Positions 59,631 to 64,000 of a stretch of DNA of 64,000 nucleotides are shown here, piece after piece. The stretch is from Phoronis australis (lineage: Eukaryota > Animalia > Phoronida). The notes beneath the pieces are model-generated. The model was not told where the DNA came from. It saw only the letters and a program-made list of their open reading frames with translations, and searched no databases. Position 1 is the first letter of the stretch. Every line of letters starts with the position of its first letter. Both the position numbers and the translations under genes were made by a program. The stretch covers positions 130,954 through 194,953 of the forward strand of contig NMRA01000567.1 of NCBI GenBank assembly GCA_002633005.1. Reading direction: 5' to 3'.

Positions 59631-60650
59631 ATTCTTTGTGCCACTTCTTTGGGACGATACACACCCGTATACACGCCTCCTGTAAGAGAAAATTCACAGT
59701 CTCTTTGGTCATATTCAGCTGTCATTAATAAAACTATGTTATCAGTTGTGGGTGAACAATGCACCAATGAAAGTTAACAGCATCTAAAATTCCATCTCTA
59801 CAAGTCAGATTTTGTGATTCACCGAAAACCCTAGAACTGCATATCGTACTAGGAGTCTTTGATGATAGTGCCACGCAACACTATCGGTTAGTGAAAAAAA
59901 GATAGTTTTGTACCGTTCAAAGCGTAGGCTCCGTAATTATGTGCTTCATCATCCACCACGAAGCTGATCACAAACAACTCAATCTTGGACAGTCTAATGA
60001 GTTAATTAGCTTTATTATCGAACGGTGAGCTTGAAAATATGTTTCGTTTTTGTCACTAGGATGCTTAGCGTATACTTTTCTGAAGCGTGTGAAATGGAAA
60101 TTTTGTATCTTTATCTTCGCAAATCGGAGATGCTCCACCACTCTGTTTTTGGATCTTTTCATAAATACACTCTACCACATAAAAATACTGTGTTGCAAAT
60201 ACTCTTACGTTCATGCGTTGCATGCTAATGCGTTACTTCAATTATAAATTTCGTGTTTCACACAATCATATAATTCACTTATATTATATATGCTAATCAA
60301 TGAAATGGTTAAATATTGGTAAGTGTAACCGAGGGCATAATTTTGATTGCTGTTTTAAAATTTCTTAAATTGTCATTCCGTTGATAGTCGACTTATTGTT
60401 TGGTGGAGAATTTGCTGTGCGACAGCTTAGAAATTGTTAGAACTTACACTGTTGCATCTGCATAGTCTTTCGTAATGTTCAAGTTGCAACAATTGGATAC
60501 TTGACCTTCGAAGTACAGACCGTCGTAATTTTTAGTCATGCCAATTTGTAGTTTGTGGAGTGACAGAAGCTGCCGTACTTACAGACTTCCGAAAATTCAA
60601 GCCGTCGTAATTTAGAAAATAACCTGCGATGACGTCCAAACCGACTCTTT

Positions 60651-61084
60651 AAAGAGGCTTGGAACGCGATAAACAGATTAAATTGCATTATTGAAAGTGG
60701 TTCTCTGCCAGTGAAACAGAATTCAACCTACTCACTAGGTATTGTGAGGGTTTGTTCGTAAAGATTTTTAATTTCTGCTGATTGCAAAGCATTTTCTTTT
60801 AGCTTCAAACTTCAAAAACAGGATCTGTCAACTGCTCGCCACTTCGTCGATTTTTCTCCAACAATGCAAAGCACATCTCCTTATTTGGTATAACAAGACA
60901 TAGACGTAGCACATTTCCCTTTGCCTTTGCCCTCAAGCAATTTCAAGCAACTGACTGAGCGCATGCGCGCATTTATCATAAGTGGGACGCAGATTAGAAA
61001 CTCTGAGGTAACCACAGGGTTTTTCCTTCGCGCGCATTTCAATAATCATGCATTTTGTGAAATTTTCTGTAAATTTCCTCACAG
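60651..61084 (+). repeat. ~430-bp dispersed repeat, homologous to 46447-46881
   Basis: Collinear similarity to the first copy along its length. Confidence 0.75.
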
Positions 61085-64000
61085 GGTACGTTCCATGCCT
61101 TTGAAAGCTGCATGCTTGAGTATCAACAGCGCCTATACAAGGGTATCACCGACAGAAGGCGATACATGTACGACAAAAGTTTACATCCTACAGTGTATAC
61201 GTCAGTCGTCAGCATTAATTTCCCTTCGCCTTACATCGTAGACCTATTTCAATTCCATGTCTTTGCATTGAAGTCATCCAGATTAACTTCGTCATTCTGT
61301 TGTCACTCTTGTCGTTAGTTACAGATGTTCTCTTTGTCGTCAAATTACGTACGATGACATCCTTTTCCATGTCGTGGCGCAAAGGGGGGAAGTGGTTTTG
61401 ACCCCCCCCCACGCCCCCTTTGAATTTCTCTGTTTGCCCAATTGTCTGTAATTTTCATGGAATAAGGGTTACACATAGCCACTCATCCGTCGTCAAGACT
61501 CCTAAGACTAGTGCAAACCTTTACGGCGCGCAGTTGCGTTTTGCGACGAAGGCTTGCATAAATTGCCGAAATTTTAAGAATTGCACTCTGAGTTTGTGCA
61601 ATTGCGACAGTTTGTAGTCTGATTCATCTTTGATTCAAAAAGCACCTTTTATTTGCTCAAGTGCTTCGTAAAAAGAGGTCTGTACATAATTTCAGATGTA
61701 TATGCAACTTCACACATACACGAAAGAGGTATAATTATGAATATGTACGGTTTCAGCATAAATTATATAACGGTTATGGAAGAGAATTTCCTCCAGTAAA
61801 TAGTTATTTTGTAAAACAATCTACCAGTGAAGCTCCATGTGTATGTAGCCCTGTCTACATACTCCCATACGTCGTACACGACTTGTAGCAACTTAATATA
61901 CACGACAATCTAAGTATTTAATCAGTGGTTCTAAAGTCGCATGCGACTAAGTTCTTGGTCGAACGAATGTCGGAGTAAAATCGGACGTCCTGTTTTTCAA
62001 CCTACAACTCACCTGTCGACACACTTTATTTATTTGTATTCGACGTTCCGTTACAAAGTCGTATACGAAATATCGGAAAGTGAACATGGCCTTAGATAAA
62101 GGCGATTCCGTAAGTACTGTATAGAGCGGAATGGCAATTGATGATATTTCGTTTGGTTTGTTCCTAACTGATGAACGCTTAAAACAACATTTCTCGCTAG
62201 TGCCCAGAAAAGAGGCAAGTTGCACAGGTCATCATTGTTTTATGTGAGTGGTACATTCATGAAGAAAATTTCCTGTTGCTACAAACCCTGTTTGGCATAC
62301 AATGCAAAATAAGATTTGTTTCCAGTCTCACGCGGGCCTCACTGCACAAACCTGTTATAGGTATATTAACTTTCAAATGAGTTGCTTCGAGATAATTGCC
62401 GCTGTCTGTACACACTGCTGATATATTGTATTCCATTATTACAACACGCCGGGGATGTATCGACTGATGCACATCGCATACATAACCAGTAATTGTTATA
62501 TCGGCACATCGCAACCTCTAATGTCACAGTAATTGCTCGCGCACTGAGAATGTAAAAGTCCCCTACATGGAATTTCGTAACAAAAAACGCTACTTGCGAC
62601 CGCGGGAGATGAGTGCTAAACATACGTGTAACGATGTTTTAACGATTTTCAGAATTGATTTTGTTCAGCATCTACTAATACTTGCATTCCTCTTCAAATC
62701 ATAATGAAATGTAATAGCATGCCTTATTGCGGTAATTTCGGACCTACTTAACATAAGGGATGACTGAGATGGATAATTTATTTTTTCACCATTTTCTCGA
62801 CAAGTATAAGCTGAAATATGAAATCTGCTGCAGGTTCTTATATAATCTTTGTTAGCATAATTTGATTTGTTCAATTGTAATAAAACAACACCAGGTGAAA
62901 ATCATCATTTGTTAAAAGGTCATCACCCCAGTTGAAAACTAATTACTTTTCAGTCACTTTTGGCGAAAACAAGAACAAGATTCTGTAGTCATTGCATGGT
63001 CAGGGTTGCGTAAAACTTCGAAACGTATCCGCTGGATAAGTGACATTGTTGCATGACGTCAACTACATCATTCAACAATAGCAACGTGACGTCTGAAAAC
63101 ATGACAACATTGATGCTATGCATCCGTAACGTTCATGCAACCGGATCCACAGCCTAGAACTTAACATCACCAACCAGGTGCCATAGCTTGTTATGACAAG
63201 TTTTCATTTGAAGAGTTGGCTCAGATAAATCGCCATACATGCTCAGCCCGTCGGCCAATAAGCTGGACTTATATACCTAAGAGGCGGACTTGGGAGGCAG
63301 TACTATTATTCTCACGGGCAAAAGTTGATCACATGTTTGCTGCTCACCAGTTGTCAAATTGTCCGACTCTTTTGCCTTCCAATACTGTTGCTGTTCTGTC
63401 ATGTCCACTAGAAGTTAATCAACTATTAATTAAAACCACACGGGTTCTTAAGTAATGTGTCACGGTCAAAAAACTCTGGTAGCTGACCCAAAAAAGACTC
63501 CAGTGCGCGCAAGCGTTGTGAACATTGTAATAAGACTGGACGTTCAAAGGCGTTTTGTGCATCAACATTATCATAGGTGCGAGTTGTTATTCTGGAAGCT
63601 TTGTTTGAGGTTGGCAGATTCGTGTCTAATTTGATGTTCGTTTTTACTATTTATCGCTCTTTCTGTCAAATGATTTGAGGACTTTGACGGGTGTGTTTTT
63701 ATTGACTAAAACCTGACTAATGCTGGTTTTTCTATAGTTTTGTCAACTACTACACATCAAGTTGGTGACAATCTTATTGTTTCAGTTTGTTTCATTGTCT
63801 ATCATACTCTGTAATTGCATGTTCAAGTTATGGGTCAGGAGTTGCGCGAATGTGTTTGCCGTTTAACCTGACGCCTTTATGCTGTGTCATTCCATACTAC
63901 ATTAGCTATAGAAATTAGTTTATTTCAGTATATTAGGCCACCAGCACTTGTTATAACATGACTTGATACAACATAAAAGTTCAGTAGCACTAGATTAAAC

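Noticed and set aside
61760-61800. NGYGR as a continuation of the KCNK filter (GYG)
   Set aside because: No acceptor AG before it and no pore/M2-like sequence after it

Overview
Eukaryotic window from a bilaterian invertebrate (probably lophotrochozoan; species not determinable from sequence) containing three intron-rich genes. (1) The last 16 coding exons of BIRC6/BRUCE (+, 598-16979, about 1,270 aa) include the UBC/E2 domain and a long acidic C-terminal tail. (2) A complete LRR1/PPIL5 gene (-, CDS 27111-19118, 4 coding exons, 419 aa) lies tail-to-tail with BIRC6. (3) The 5' part of a TWIK-1/KCNK1-like two-pore K+ channel (+) lies head-to-head with LRR1. The channel has two paralogous first coding exons (31262-31442 and 42286-42478), each encoding M1 plus the cap helix with its cysteine, and both are phase-compatible with one shared pore exon (56085-56225). 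The introns hold many non-autonomous transposons: Helentron-type HINEs whose central tandem arrays carry a co-oriented CTCF-consensus motif in each ~140-bp unit (one copy nested inside another), a decayed Penelope element with an inverted terminal copy, several hAT-like MITEs with 5-6-bp TSDs, and minisatellites. All coordinates were read by eye; no database searches were run.
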